DNA of 64,000 bases, taken from positions 1 through 64,000 of the IMG/VR virus record IMGVR_UViG_2904156775_000002. One strand, written 5' to 3'. The stretch is from a virus (Duplodnaviria; Caudoviricetes). Shown piece by piece: positions 8,597 through 19,402 of this stretch. Within the stretch, counting starts at the first letter, position 1. Each line of letters starts with the position of its first letter. A program made the translations under genes and the position numbers. The notes below the pieces were generated by a model. The model was given only the letters and a program-made list of their open reading frames with translations. It was not told the origin of the DNA and made no database searches.

Positions 8597-11170
8597 TTGG
8601 ACCATTTCATACATTCCGTATACATACCTTCGATTGAAGGATCCGATATTTATAATCATATGGTTAGAGAGAAAGCAATCGATCTGAAATATATCGGGAT
8701 GCTTCCTCCCAGTCTCGAGCTTAATCAACTCATTAAATCAGGATTAAAATATTCCGTAAAAAAGGAAAATGGGAAATGTCTCTCTACAGATATCATCAAT
8801 GTCAAATTCAATCAAAAGGTCGCCTCTGGGAAAACAATATTAAAACATATTTCAAATAAACTGCTCGGAGAGCTGGACGAAGGATACAAAAACAAGCTGA
8901 ACGATTTTATGAGTACCATTGAAGCTGAAGCTTCTCTACCAAAGTGGGATGAAATCAGCAGCGAGCAATTGAGGATAAAGCTATATACCGATGGATTTGT
9001 TTTGAATGGCACCCACTATAAAGTATATAAGCGATCCAGCTCCAAATCCCGAGTAGGCCAATGTTTGTTTATCAAAGAAAAATTATACGATCGTATGATG
9101 AGATGGAGCCGTTTGGGATTAAATTTCGATGTTCAAAAACAAATCGATTATCCTTCTCTGCTCGCCTATGAAAGCCTGGTAGGTTCAGCTATTGAAAAAA
9201 CGATTAAAATCGATCCGAAAAACATTCTAATTGTCAATGATGTAGAGAGCAGATTTGTCCAACGGTCGAACGTAATCCGTACAAGCAAAAACGGCTTCCT
9301 TAATAGTTTTGAGGAGGATGCTTGGATCACCAACAGTCTTTTTGATGGCGAGTCGCTGTTAGACAGCTCCTATTTTGACGAGGGCAAAAGCATGCTGCTC
9401 CTTCGCAATCATATGTTCAAAAGCGCAGCATTCAACTGCAACATTCAATTATTTCTAAAGGAGCATTGCCCTCCTTATATCAACTATGAGGAATGGGAAA
9501 TCCCAAGCATGTTTGATGGAATAAAGCTGCTTGCAAAAGACGTTCATTTCATCATTACTCCCAGCAGTCTAAAAGCATTAAAGTTCAGCTCATTGATCGG
9601 TACTGAGCAATCCCTATGGGAGCATTGGAAAAAAGTCATTTATGCCGACGATTGCATCTTTGGGATATGCAAAAACGAAAAAAAATCCAAACAAGGGTAT
9701 GATGAATCCGGCCATATTCTGCAGCAAACCAGCTATCAAATGATTAACTCTCTCCCCATCTCCCAGACGGACATGAGCGACTTATGCCAATATGAAAAAG
9801 ACGTTATTACCCGTCTTAAAAACAATGATGATGATTTCATCTCCCATATCCGAAATAGCGCGAATGAGATGAATAGCCATTCTATGTTTGCAGATCTGTT
9901 TCTACATAACAAAGACCTGGCCAAAACCAAGCTATTCAGGAGATTTAGAAAAGATGTCATTCACAGCCATGTTAATCATATCAAAAATGGCAAGATTCGC
10001 TTACGAGGCGATTATTGTGTATTGCTAGGCAATCCTATTGAATTTTTGTTTCATAGTATCGGTCGATTGATTACGGATCAGCAGCAGCCTGAAAGCTTAT
10101 CCTTAAAGAATAACGAAGTACATACAAAGCTGTTCGATTATAAAGAACTAACCGCCTTCCGCAATCCGCATACAAGTCCCAGCAATGTTCTGATCGTGCA
10201 AAATACGCCTAATCTGGATATCGAAAAATATTTCAATTTAAGTCCGAATATCGTCTGTGTAAATGCGATTCAATTCCCGCTACAGGATATCTTGTCTGGC
10301 TGCGATTACGATTCCGATACCGTACTATTGATAGATAATGAGCGCTTATTGTCAATAAGCCAACGTGTATTCGGAAAATATCGGGTTTGTGTTAATCTTG
10401 TAGCCAGCAATAAGAAAAAATATCAGATTACAAGCTATGATATGGCTGTCATTGACAATGAATTGTCCAAGAGCCAACGTTATATTGGGCGAACCGTTAA
10501 TATTGGACAGCTATGCATGTCAACCTATTGGCATCTCTTGAATATTGGGGCTCCCAACGAACAACTAATCAGTCTACTGAAAAAAATCGATGTGGTGACC
10601 GTGTTATCCGGTATATGTATAGACTTGGCTAAAAAAATGTTCACTATTAATATTGGACAGGAAATTAGATATATAAGTGAAACTAGAGAATTAATCAAAG
10701 AAAAACCGCTGTTCTGGAAATATGTATCTCAGAATGATTCCATTCAGTCCGTTGCCTATCAATGTCCTATGGATTACTTGTATAACGAAATGACTGCTCT
10801 GAAAATGGCTGACTATCGTAAAAGTACAGAGCTCAGTTCCCTGCTGCTTCATCAGGAGCTAAGAAAAGCCGACAGAAAGCAGCTAGCCAAAATAGTTGAA
10901 TATATTGAAACGATGTGTATGAGTATTAATCAAGCTTTTGCGGCTTCTCTGCCTGCCGACGAACGAGATCGAATCATCGATGACTTCATTCGTTATTATC
11001 AATTCTATATCGGCAAATTGAAAATCAATCCAAACACCATGTATTCCTTACTAGAGAAAATAGCTCGCGATGAGCAAAGAGCAAAAATCGCAACCAAGCT
11101 TATGAATGTTCTATATCGTACCCATAAGGAAATGTTTATTGCCGCTTTTAAATCAAAAGTTCCACACTAA
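8597..11170 (+). CDS. yonO: YonO-like single-subunit DNA-dependent RNA polymerase (double-psi beta-barrel, RdRP-related)
   Basis: 857 aa. YKRSSSKSRVGQCLFI, LFDGESLLD, LLRNHMFK, FRNPH and catalytic LSGCDYDSD (DxDxD). Lies upstream of late genes as in SPbeta. Confidence 0.92.
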   Translation: MDHFIHSVYIPSIEGSDIYNHMVREKAIDLKYIGMLPPSLELNQLIKSGLKYSVKKENGKCLSTDIINVKFNQKVASGKTILKHISNKLLGELDEGYKNKLNDFMSTIEAEASLPKWDEISSEQLRIKLYTDGFVLNGTHYKVYKRSSSKSRVGQCLFIKEKLYDRMMRWSRLGLNFDVQKQIDYPSLLAYESLVGSAIEKTIKIDPKNILIVNDVESRFVQRSNVIRTSKNGFLNSFEEDAWITNSLFDGESLLDSSYFDEGKSMLLLRNHMFKSAAFNCNIQLFLKEHCPPYINYEEWEIPSMFDGIKLLAKDVHFIITPSSLKALKFSSLIGTEQSLWEHWKKVIYADDCIFGICKNEKKSKQGYDESGHILQQTSYQMINSLPISQTDMSDLCQYEKDVITRLKNNDDDFISHIRNSANEMNSHSMFADLFLHNKDLAKTKLFRRFRKDVIHSHVNHIKNGKIRLRGDYCVLLGNPIEFLFHSIGRLITDQQQPESLSLKNNEVHTKLFDYKELTAFRNPHTSPSNVLIVQNTPNLDIEKYFNLSPNIVCVNAIQFPLQDILSGCDYDSDTVLLIDNERLLSISQRVFGKYRVCVNLVASNKKKYQITSYDMAVIDNELSKSQRYIGRTVNIGQLCMSTYWHLLNIGAPNEQLISLLKKIDVVTVLSGICIDLAKKMFTINIGQEIRYISETRELIKEKPLFWKYVSQNDSIQSVAYQCPMDYLYNEMTALKMADYRKSTELSSLLLHQELRKADRKQLAKIVEYIETMCMSINQAFAASLPADERDRIIDDFIRYYQFYIGKLKINPNTMYSLLEKIARDEQRAKIATKLMNVLYRTHKEMFIAAFKSKVPH

Positions 11171-11186
11171 TAAGAGTTAAAAATAC

Positions 11187-11219
11187 GAAAAACCCTTTTA
11201 TACAATGGGTTTTTCTTTT
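11187..11219 (+). terminator. Hairpin/terminator after the RNA polymerase gene
   Basis: GAAAAACCC-11 nt-GGGTTTTTC followed by TTTT. Confidence 0.55.
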
Positions 11220-11290
11220 GTTAAAAGTGTCGCCATATGATAGGTGAATAAACCTAGCCCAAAGCTATTACGAAGGAAGGAGGTTCTCAG

Positions 11291-11383
11291 ATGAAAAAGA
11301 AAAAGCGCCTGCAAAGAGCTGAGCCGTTCCGAGCTATTAAAGAGGACATGGCACTGCTATCGATAAGTTGTTGGTATAGCTAG
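11291..11383 (+). CDS. 30-aa basic mini-ORF (possible remnant at the head-gene deletion junction)
   Basis: MKKKKRLQRAEPFRAIKEDMALLSISCWYS with a very strong AAGGAGG RBS. Confidence 0.4.
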   Translation: MKKKKRLQRAEPFRAIKEDMALLSISCWYS

Positions 11384-11448
11384 ACCAAGAATCTTCCGCA
11401 AGTGAAATGGAGTGCTTAAACGGTATATGAAAACGATGTTAATGATTT

Positions 11449-12177
11449 ATGATCCAATACAATAACCTTGTAAAGATATTCGAGGACAGCATAAGTCTGG
11501 ATCAAGTGGGGACTCTTACATTCCCAACTGTCGAAGACTTCGTGCAATTAGGGGAAGAACAATATAATACATACTTATATCCATATCGGCTCTCCTTGGA
11601 CATGTTCGATATCAATTCAGAGTATAAGGAAATGCTCTCCCTATTCGATTTATTTTTCACTCCTACCCTTACCGTAACCATTGGCTCTCGCAAGCTTACC
11701 TATCTAGAGCTGCTCACCGAGTCCCTGCAATTTTTCTTCAAGGAAGAAGTAAAGTGCTTAATGGAATCATCCAGTCTCAGAATTGGAAAATCAGGCAGCA
11801 TTGACCGCAACAACTTTGATGAAGTAGCTGCCGCCATACTTCAAGTCACGAATATGGAAAAGATTAAGATCGAACCGCTGCCTGAATTCAAATCGGATCG
11901 CCATAAAGATATCTATCTAAAAATTATGGAAGGCCGGTCTCGAAACTCAGCAAAAGATGAACTGAATATGGCTACAGTCATTAATACTGTCATCCATGGA
12001 GGCAAATCCTTTATCCCATACGAGACAGTCAAAAAGATGACCTTAAACCAATTGCTTAACAGCTACAAGGCTATTCTGGAAATTGATTCATTCTTTATTA
12101 ACTTTAATCAAGCCTTAGCGGGAGCAGATTCGAAAAAAATCGATCTCACTCATTGGGCCAACAAAATTAAAATATAA
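11449..12177 (+). CDS. SPbeta-like phage protein preceding the tail tube gene
   Basis: Position before the tube gene; C-terminal AGADSKKIDLTHW resembles SPbeta-like tail-region proteins. Confidence 0.6.
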   Translation: MIQYNNLVKIFEDSISLDQVGTLTFPTVEDFVQLGEEQYNTYLYPYRLSLDMFDINSEYKEMLSLFDLFFTPTLTVTIGSRKLTYLELLTESLQFFFKEEVKCLMESSSLRIGKSGSIDRNNFDEVAAAILQVTNMEKIKIEPLPEFKSDRHKDIYLKIMEGRSRNSAKDELNMATVINTVIHGGKSFIPYETVKKMTLNQLLNSYKAILEIDSFFINFNQALAGADSKKIDLTHWANKIKI

Positions 12178-12198
12178 CCTTAAAGGAGATTTAAACCT

Positions 12199-12951
12199 AT
12201 GAACTATGGAATTAAAGACGCCGCAAATCTAACGATCCGCAAGAAAGCTGATAAAAGCATTTTCCTCTATACTCCATACGCGAATGTAACAACAAATGAA
12301 TGGACTAGTGATCAAGTATATGCCAATGTGAAAGGCTCCCGTGCCATCCGTTGGGATAATAATAAACAAGGTAAGCTTACCGTCTCGTTGGAAGTATTTG
12401 ATCTCAAATGGCTTGCTATGCTGGCAGGCGCCGACTGGAGCAAAGGCAAGACGGATATGTTCGTTCGCAAAGAGCTAACTGCGGATGCCGCTAACAGCAT
12501 TACCCTGCCTTCGACACCGAAAGTCGGCTCCCTCTCTGTCTTCCAACTGCTGGACGATAAGGTATCGCATGGCGAGGAGCAGCTGGTCGGCGATCCAGCG
12601 CAAAATGAAAATGAATATACGCTGGCAGGCCAAAAGGTTACTTTGAACGCTGCAACAGCTCCTGAGAACGCTGTGTTTGTTGTTTACTACCAGGCGGAAA
12701 CAGAAGTAACAGCGAAAACACTGGAGTTCAAAGCGAACAAACATCCAGAGGCTTTCGAAATTATTGGCGATACCTTCATTCGTCCAAAAGACGGCGGCGA
12801 AGACGAGTTTGTACAAATGTTTTATCCGAATGCACGTCCAGTATCCAACTTCACGATTACGATGGATTCCGGCAATGTGACGAATTTGGAAATCGTATTC
12901 GATCTATTCCCTGATGCCGATCAAAATCTTGCCGTCTACACACTGCTCTAA
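12199..12951 (+). CDS. Major tail tube protein (SPbeta-like)
   Basis: YGIKDAAN start, beta-rich, SNFTITM...VFDLF end, strong RBS, followed by a terminator as expected for an abundant structural gene. Confidence 0.75.
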   Translation: MNYGIKDAANLTIRKKADKSIFLYTPYANVTTNEWTSDQVYANVKGSRAIRWDNNKQGKLTVSLEVFDLKWLAMLAGADWSKGKTDMFVRKELTADAANSITLPSTPKVGSLSVFQLLDDKVSHGEEQLVGDPAQNENEYTLAGQKVTLNAATAPENAVFVVYYQAETEVTAKTLEFKANKHPEAFEIIGDTFIRPKDGGEDEFVQMFYPNARPVSNFTITMDSGNVTNLEIVFDLFPDADQNLAVYTLL

Positions 12952-12980
12952 TCATACCTTCTTCGTTTAAGTTTAATCCT

Positions 12981-13021
12981 AAGAAGATGGCAGAGGATCC
13001 CCTCCCCTGCTATCTTCTTTA
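12981..13021 (+). terminator. Intrinsic terminator after the tail tube gene
   Basis: AAGAAGATGGCAG...CTGCTATCTTCTT. Confidence 0.7.
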
Positions 13022-13033
13022 TTATTTGAGGAG

Positions 13034-13582
13034 TTGAAATTCATGAAGCGAAAATCCAAAAAAATGACGGTTGATCATTTGATTCAAGAAGCCAAAACCT
13101 ATGATGTACTTAAAAAAGTAACGTTTGAAGATGGCTTATATGCGGAAGTTTATACAAATTTTTCGATTGTCCGAATGGATGATGCCCTGGAGGACTATAG
13201 CAAATTCATTGCAGAATACAGCCAGCATCACCCCATAAAAGAAAGAAAAATGATCGACTACATCAACCTTCATATTCTGTTATGGTTCACAACACTTGCT
13301 GATCCCGAGCCTTATTCATACGAAGAAAAGGTGCAGCTTTTCGAAATCATTCTAAAAAGCAAGTATGCGGAAACGATCTTCCTGGCCTTGGATCCCCAAG
13401 ACATTCAAAAAGTCTATCAGCGTATGTTCAAGAAGCTTGAGACGCTTCAGGAGTTGGCCCAATCCAATGCGGAAGTTCGCACCCAATTTCTTGAGAGCCT
13501 ACAAAGCTTGGATATAGAAAACAAAGATGAAATTATGAATTTGCTGTTAAAGCCGCATTCTGAACCCACAACATCTAAATAG
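13034..13582 (+). CDS. Probable tail assembly chaperone
   Basis: Helical protein between tube and tape measure genes (positional inference). Confidence 0.5.
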   Translation: MKFMKRKSKKMTVDHLIQEAKTYDVLKKVTFEDGLYAEVYTNFSIVRMDDALEDYSKFIAEYSQHHPIKERKMIDYINLHILLWFTTLADPEPYSYEEKVQLFEIILKSKYAETIFLALDPQDIQKVYQRMFKKLETLQELAQSNAEVRTQFLESLQSLDIENKDEIMNLLLKPHSEPTTSK

Positions 13583-13592
13583 GAGCTCGATT

Positions 13593-14045
13593 ATGAAGAA
13601 AATCAAGTTTTATATTCATGAATTAGAGTATGCTATTCTTTTTCTCTATGAACTCAAATTAATCGATTACCATTCCCGGATGAAAACCCGATTCATCAAG
13701 CTTCTGACTGAACGTTTCCAGCAATACAAGGACGAGTATTTTGAGCTGGTCAAGGAACATGCTCATTTGGATGAAGACGGAGAACCGCTCCTCATTGAAG
13801 ACAGCACCCAACCACGATATGACATCAAAGATATGGATAAATTTAAATTGGCCCTTATCCCCCTCCTTGAAGAAGAATTTATCATTGATGTCAACGAACA
13901 TAATGAAAACATGATGAAAAGCGTTACGAAGTCTATCCTTCATTGCGGCCTATCCTTCGGAGGGCAGGATCAGTTCCTATATGAATCGTTATGCAGCAAA
14001 TTTGAAGAGTTGTCGGAAGATGATGGCTCTAACTATACGAAATAA
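13593..14045 (+). CDS. Phage protein, DUF1617-like
   Basis: SRM.TRFIKLL...LVKEHA..DEDGEP pattern typical of Firmicute phage tail-region proteins. Confidence 0.5.
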   Translation: MKKIKFYIHELEYAILFLYELKLIDYHSRMKTRFIKLLTERFQQYKDEYFELVKEHAHLDEDGEPLLIEDSTQPRYDIKDMDKFKLALIPLLEEEFIIDVNEHNENMMKSVTKSILHCGLSFGGQDQFLYESLCSKFEELSEDDGSNYTK

Positions 14046-14129
14046 AAAATATTAGAATTCGGAGTGGAGAGGAATCGTTCATATTTGACTGCTCCACTTT
14101 TTTGAGTCACGAAAGAGGTGTAATCAAAT

Positions 14130-17100
14130 ATGTCAGAATCAGATCAAGTTAGGCTAAGTGCCGATTTAAATCGCGATGTATCCGTGCAAAATATTAATAA
14201 GAGCATTAAGGCTGTTGAAAGTAATCCCTTACTCAAACAATTTCGAGTGAAAATTGATGTCAACCAAGATGAACTGAATCAATTAATGAACTTTATGAAT
14301 CCTACAGCTAATCAAGCTGTTATAAAAGATGCGCCTGCAACGGAAACGAAGAAAAAAACGTTGAGTAGTATTAATAAGGGCATCCAGCACATTCCTGCCT
14401 GGTTTGAAACTGCACGTTTTCTGCTGGATCCATTAGTAGCTGGAATGAAAGCAGCCATTCAAACTATCGTTCAAGTCGACAATCAGATCATCGAGCTGAA
14501 GCGAAGCATGAATGAAGAAACAAACTTCGACAACCTGCTTCTCAAAAGCACCGAACTGGCAAAGGAGCTTGGCCGTTCGCTTACGGATGTTAATCAGGTG
14601 ATGATCGAGCTTGCTCAGCAGGGCTTTAACGAAGATCAAATGTTAAGCCTTGCGAACTCCGTAACCGTTGCCCAGAATGTCAGCAAGCTTGACTCCAAGG
14701 AAGCTATTGATACCATTGCGATCGCAATGTCGGCTTTCAATATTGAAGCTGATAAATCCATAGGAATTGTTGATAAGCTCGTTGCCATTAACTCCAGCTT
14801 TTCCGTAGCATCCAATGAACTTGCACAAGCACTGCAGCTTACATCTAGCACGGGAGACGCCTTTGGTGTAACTCTTGAAAACCTGCTTGGGGATGCGACA
14901 GCTATCATGCAAGTGACCAAGGAGTCCGGCAACGTCACAGGCGACGCTCTGAATACGATTTACTCCCGGCTGACCACAGTTGAGCCCGCTGTAGATACAC
15001 TTAAACAACTAGGTATTAACATTACCCAAGCCAATGGCTTGTTTAAATCTTCCACACAAATCTTGGATGAGGTAGCACGTAAATTCGGAACATTGAATGA
15101 TGAAGCAAAGTTAAATGCTTCTATCACGCTGGCAGGGCAAGACTATCATAGACAATTTCTCGCATTGATGGATAACCGCAATGTTGCACATGAAGCGGCA
15201 GCTAAAGCGATGTATTCTGAAGGCAGCGCTATGAATGAACAAGCCTCATATATGCAGTCCTACGAGGGACGAATTGTCCAAATGAAGGCCGCTTGGCAAG
15301 AATTTTCGCTTGCAATGGGCAATGCTATCTTAAGTGATTCATTAATTATGATAACTTCCGCGTTAACTGAAATGGCTAACATATTTAGCTCGGTTGTTAG
15401 ACATATAGGTTTCCTTCCTCCTGTTTTAGGTACAGTCGCAACCGCGCTCGCAGTATTGAGCCCAAATTTCAGAACAGCTACTATTGCAGTTATAACTTTT
15501 GGCAACGGCATAAAAGCATTAGGAGTCTCGGCAAAAAGTGCAACGGTGGCTCTCCGTTCATTAGGAGCTGCAACGGTAGTCGGCGCTGTATTTGTTGCAA
15601 TTGGCTTTGCTCTTGAGGGCCTTATGAAGCTATTCAGCAAGTCAAAGGAATCGCAAGAGGATTACTTTGATTCACTGAAGCAGAATATGAACGAGACGAG
15701 CCAAAAGATAGCCAGTTTAAAAGAATTGCAACGGCAATTGCATGACAGCAACAGCTCACAAGAGGAACTACAAAACACTTATAAGCAGCTTGGTTCCATC
15801 ATGCCTGAAGTGATTAGTCATTATGATAAACATGGCAATATCGTCTATAAGAGCAAAGAAGCGATTGACGAATTAATCAAATCTCAAAGAGAACTTTATG
15901 CGCTTCAACAGAAAAATGCAGCTTTTAAAATGAAGGACTCTGTCCCTGGCATAACTGAAGAGATGGAGAAAAGCAACAAAAATAAAAATAAGTTATCCAA
16001 ACAAGCCAATGAGCAGTTGGCCCGAGAGGAATCTTATACGTTTCTCAAAAAGTTTGGCGATGAAACGAATGTATTCGATTTTACTTCCAATTACCAAGAA
16101 GATTTAAAAACGTTAAAAGAAGAATTAAAAAACATTTATAGCAAACACGGATTAGAAGGCTCCATTTTATCTGGCACACTAAGCGAAAATTTTGATTTAA
16201 GAAACTTGTATGGAGCAATTGATGAGGACACTTTTAAAAGTATTCAATCTAGACTCTCAAAAATCAATGGCGAAATCGCTGTAGAAACAGAAAACATTAA
16301 GAAAAGCACCCATGAGTATAATTACATTCTTAAAACTATTGGCCAAGCAGAAACTATTGATGGCGACCAAAATTTATCTCTATTTTTCAACCAATTGGCT
16401 GATGCCTTTACGAAGCATGAATCCTTTGCTACGAAAACTGAAGAAGAGCTCAATGCTTTTGCCAATAGCTATCAATCCACAATAAGCAACGTTGCTGCCT
16501 ACATTAAAGATAATAAAATAGACATTTCGCAAATGCTACAAACCGGGAATATGGATGAACTTGTAAATGCCTTCCCACAACTATCTGAACATTTCGGTCT
16601 GCTCTCAACATCCATACAACAATCTGCCAATACCAGTAAAACTTTATTTCCTGTCTATGACGAACTTAAGAGACATATTGGTAATGTAAGCAGCAAATCA
16701 GATGCCGCAGCCAAAGGAATTAGGATTCTCGATGCTCAGATGGACTCTGCCACAGGTGCAGTCAAGTATGTAGGGAAAGTGGTTGATTCCAAGGAAGCAA
16801 TGGAGGATCATAACCGAAAGCTTCAGGAAACCGTAAATTCGATTTCTAAACTGGAATCTGCTTACAATACGTTACAAAGCGGACAAGAACTCTCACTAAG
16901 CTCTACATTAAGTCTTCTTGAAGAATTCCCTGAACTTCTGTCATACGTCGACCAACATACGGGTGCATTAAAATTAGAAGGAAATGTAATAGAGGAAATT
17001 GCAAACCAACGCAGAAAAGCACGACTTGAGGAAATTAAAGATCGCCTTGAAGATCTTAAAAGTACCCATAGTGAATTGGAAACCAAGCGTGACATGTATT

Positions 17101-19382
17101 TGCAGTTTTATCAAGCCATGGCTGGCCATATGCCTGAAAATGTACTCCAATCTACCAAAGATAAAATGTTTACTGCTGAAGAAAAGGCAAAATTCGATGA
17201 TTATCAAAAAAAAGTGGATCTATTAAATGGGCAAATTGCGGCACTTTCAAAACCAATCGTTTTCAAAAGTCCCTCCGGCAAAGGCGGCTCCTCTTCAACT
17301 TCTTCGGTTTCCGATGACCCGAAGAGCAAGGATATTACAGACGCCAAGATAAACTCTATTAACAATCTTGCTCTCACGCAACAGAAGGTAAATGATCTGC
17401 TGGAACAAAGCATCTCCAAAGAAGAAGCTTACTCCAATCAAATTCAGAAAACGAGCAAATTAATATCCGGCAAGACAGAAGAAATGAAGCTTCTTCAAGA
17501 TGCCAATAAAGAGTTGCTTAATGAGCAGAAGCTGCTTGAAAAGGAGAACACCTATAACAAGCCTATCTCCACCTGGTATGATCAGAATGGCAATGCCAGC
17601 GAAGAGTTTATTAAACTATACAATAAACTAACCTCAGGAAAAGCCCAAGAAAGCCTTCAGGAACTATTCGATAAATACAAAAAATTTGATGATGCCATTA
17701 AATCCAATAAATCCAGTATTGGAGACTTAACCAAAGAGAACGCAAACTTATTAGCCTCTCTGGATGAGCTAAAGCTTGCTTATACGCAAAACTATTTGAA
17801 CACACGCAATGCTGAGGTCGATACCTATAACCAGAAGCTTAAGAAATCACGCCAGGTTCAGTCCACATATGAGGAGAATTCGCCGCTCTGGATTAAAGAA
17901 CAAGAAAAACAAATTAAGTTATTGAATGAAAAGAAACAAGCGCTTCATGAAGAAAACAACTGGATACGCGCAAGACAGGAAGCCAATAATTCAGCCAAAA
18001 ATTCCGAGAAATTAACCACAGAGCAAATCGAACTGCTTAACAAGCAATTGGAAGCAAACTCTGACGCCTGGTACGAAACAGTAACTGCGATTACGTCCGC
18101 TACTAAGTCCCTGGATAACTATCGGGAGAAAAGTGCGGACAAAGTGATTGCCGATTACAAAAAAATGCTGGAACAGCAACGCGATCTTGAGCTAAGCGTA
18201 ATCGACTCACGCATGAATGACGAGGATCAACGTCATAAGCGTGTGATGGACAACTACAAAAATGAACGCGATAGTCTGAAAGAAACTATTGATGCGCAAT
18301 TAAAAGCATTCAACCGCACCAACGCAACAGAAGATTATGACAGAGAAATTAATAAGCTTCTTGAAGAAGAATCGCAAATTCAAAAGAAAATAAATGAGAT
18401 TAGCCACAATAATTCTTATGAAGACAAGGCGAAGAGAAACGATCTAGAGGAACAACTAGCCAACGTTCAGGAACAGATTGAGGGTAAGCAACGCGAACGA
18501 GGCAGAACGCTCCAAAAGGAAGCTTTGGATGATTTGTTGGAAGACCGGGAACAGCATATCAGTAACCTAGAGCAAACCGAGGATACCCTCTATCAGAAAA
18601 CAAAAGATAAGCTTAATGATGAAAAGGAACTGCGGCAGATCCATTGGAAATCTGTGCTGGGAAATGAAAGCGAGTTTTATAATCTTAAGCAACAGTTAAT
18701 GAGTAACGATGTATTGCAAGTGGAATCCGCCTTAACTACCATTCGTGGAAAATATGATGAATTCTTCTCTTACTTACGTTCTAATTCAGGTTTTCTAGGA
18801 GAAATGTTCGGCACAATCAATTCCAATACGCAAACGGATTACAAAGATCTTGATAAGATGCCCCTCCCTTCCGCCAATCAAAAGAGCGAAAAGGAAAAAG
18901 CTTGGGAAGAATATCTAAACAATAAGAAGAAAGCGGAAGCCATTAAAAATTCATCCGATCCCGAATTCCAGAGACTTAAGGCGATCAATACAGCGCTTCG
19001 GGAAAAATGGGGATTCGAAGATGGAAGCTATGAAAAGCTTAAAAATGTTAAAACCTATCATCAAGGCGGCGAAGTTGGCGTTGAAGGTACTACCACGCAG
19101 AAATGGTGGGAAGACACGCTGCAATCGAATGAAGAGTTCGCTGTTTTGAAAAAAGGTGAAGTTGTGCTGCATAACCCGCTTTCCTTCATTAAAGATTTAC
19201 CAATTCGATTAATGAATACCGTAACAGGGCTAGCTTCAAAAACGCAAACCATTGCAGCATCTTCTGGAACCGTCATTGAAAATATAAGCGTGGTGCTGCA
19301 AGGCACAGTCCAGGACGGCTCGAACTTCTCCGACCTATTCGTAGATGGTCTGAACCGCAAAGGCATTCGAATTGGTCGTTAA
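14130..19382 (+). CDS. Phage tail tape measure protein (TP901-type core), 1750 aa
   Basis: TP901 core (ESGNVTGDALNTIYSRL), hydrophobic TM stretch, long coiled coils, C-terminal YHQGG..EE.AVL.KGEVVL. Confidence 0.93.
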   Translation: MSESDQVRLSADLNRDVSVQNINKSIKAVESNPLLKQFRVKIDVNQDELNQLMNFMNPTANQAVIKDAPATETKKKTLSSINKGIQHIPAWFETARFLLDPLVAGMKAAIQTIVQVDNQIIELKRSMNEETNFDNLLLKSTELAKELGRSLTDVNQVMIELAQQGFNEDQMLSLANSVTVAQNVSKLDSKEAIDTIAIAMSAFNIEADKSIGIVDKLVAINSSFSVASNELAQALQLTSSTGDAFGVTLENLLGDATAIMQVTKESGNVTGDALNTIYSRLTTVEPAVDTLKQLGINITQANGLFKSSTQILDEVARKFGTLNDEAKLNASITLAGQDYHRQFLALMDNRNVAHEAAAKAMYSEGSAMNEQASYMQSYEGRIVQMKAAWQEFSLAMGNAILSDSLIMITSALTEMANIFSSVVRHIGFLPPVLGTVATALAVLSPNFRTATIAVITFGNGIKALGVSAKSATVALRSLGAATVVGAVFVAIGFALEGLMKLFSKSKESQEDYFDSLKQNMNETSQKIASLKELQRQLHDSNSSQEELQNTYKQLGSIMPEVISHYDKHGNIVYKSKEAIDELIKSQRELYALQQKNAAFKMKDSVPGITEEMEKSNKNKNKLSKQANEQLAREESYTFLKKFGDETNVFDFTSNYQEDLKTLKEELKNIYSKHGLEGSILSGTLSENFDLRNLYGAIDEDTFKSIQSRLSKINGEIAVETENIKKSTHEYNYILKTIGQAETIDGDQNLSLFFNQLADAFTKHESFATKTEEELNAFANSYQSTISNVAAYIKDNKIDISQMLQTGNMDELVNAFPQLSEHFGLLSTSIQQSANTSKTLFPVYDELKRHIGNVSSKSDAAAKGIRILDAQMDSATGAVKYVGKVVDSKEAMEDHNRKLQETVNSISKLESAYNTLQSGQELSLSSTLSLLEEFPELLSYVDQHTGALKLEGNVIEEIANQRRKARLEEIKDRLEDLKSTHSELETKRDMYLQFYQAMAGHMPENVLQSTKDKMFTAEEKAKFDDYQKKVDLLNGQIAALSKPIVFKSPSGKGGSSSTSSVSDDPKSKDITDAKINSINNLALTQQKVNDLLEQSISKEEAYSNQIQKTSKLISGKTEEMKLLQDANKELLNEQKLLEKENTYNKPISTWYDQNGNASEEFIKLYNKLTSGKAQESLQELFDKYKKFDDAIKSNKSSIGDLTKENANLLASLDELKLAYTQNYLNTRNAEVDTYNQKLKKSRQVQSTYEENSPLWIKEQEKQIKLLNEKKQALHEENNWIRARQEANNSAKNSEKLTTEQIELLNKQLEANSDAWYETVTAITSATKSLDNYREKSADKVIADYKKMLEQQRDLELSVIDSRMNDEDQRHKRVMDNYKNERDSLKETIDAQLKAFNRTNATEDYDREINKLLEEESQIQKKINEISHNNSYEDKAKRNDLEEQLANVQEQIEGKQRERGRTLQKEALDDLLEDREQHISNLEQTEDTLYQKTKDKLNDEKELRQIHWKSVLGNESEFYNLKQQLMSNDVLQVESALTTIRGKYDEFFSYLRSNSGFLGEMFGTINSNTQTDYKDLDKMPLPSANQKSEKEKAWEEYLNNKKKAEAIKNSSDPEFQRLKAINTALREKWGFEDGSYEKLKNVKTYHQGGEVGVEGTTTQKWWEDTLQSNEEFAVLKKGEVVLHNPLSFIKDLPIRLMNTVTGLASKTQTIAASSGTVIENISVVLQGTVQDGSNFSDLFVDGLNRKGIRIGR

Positions 19383-19402
19383 TAAATATATGAAATACAA
19401 AT

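Noticed and set aside
8597-11170. RNA-dependent RNA polymerase (RNAi-type)
   Set aside because: Motifs and context match YonO, which is a DNA-dependent phage RNAP despite its RdRP-family similarity.
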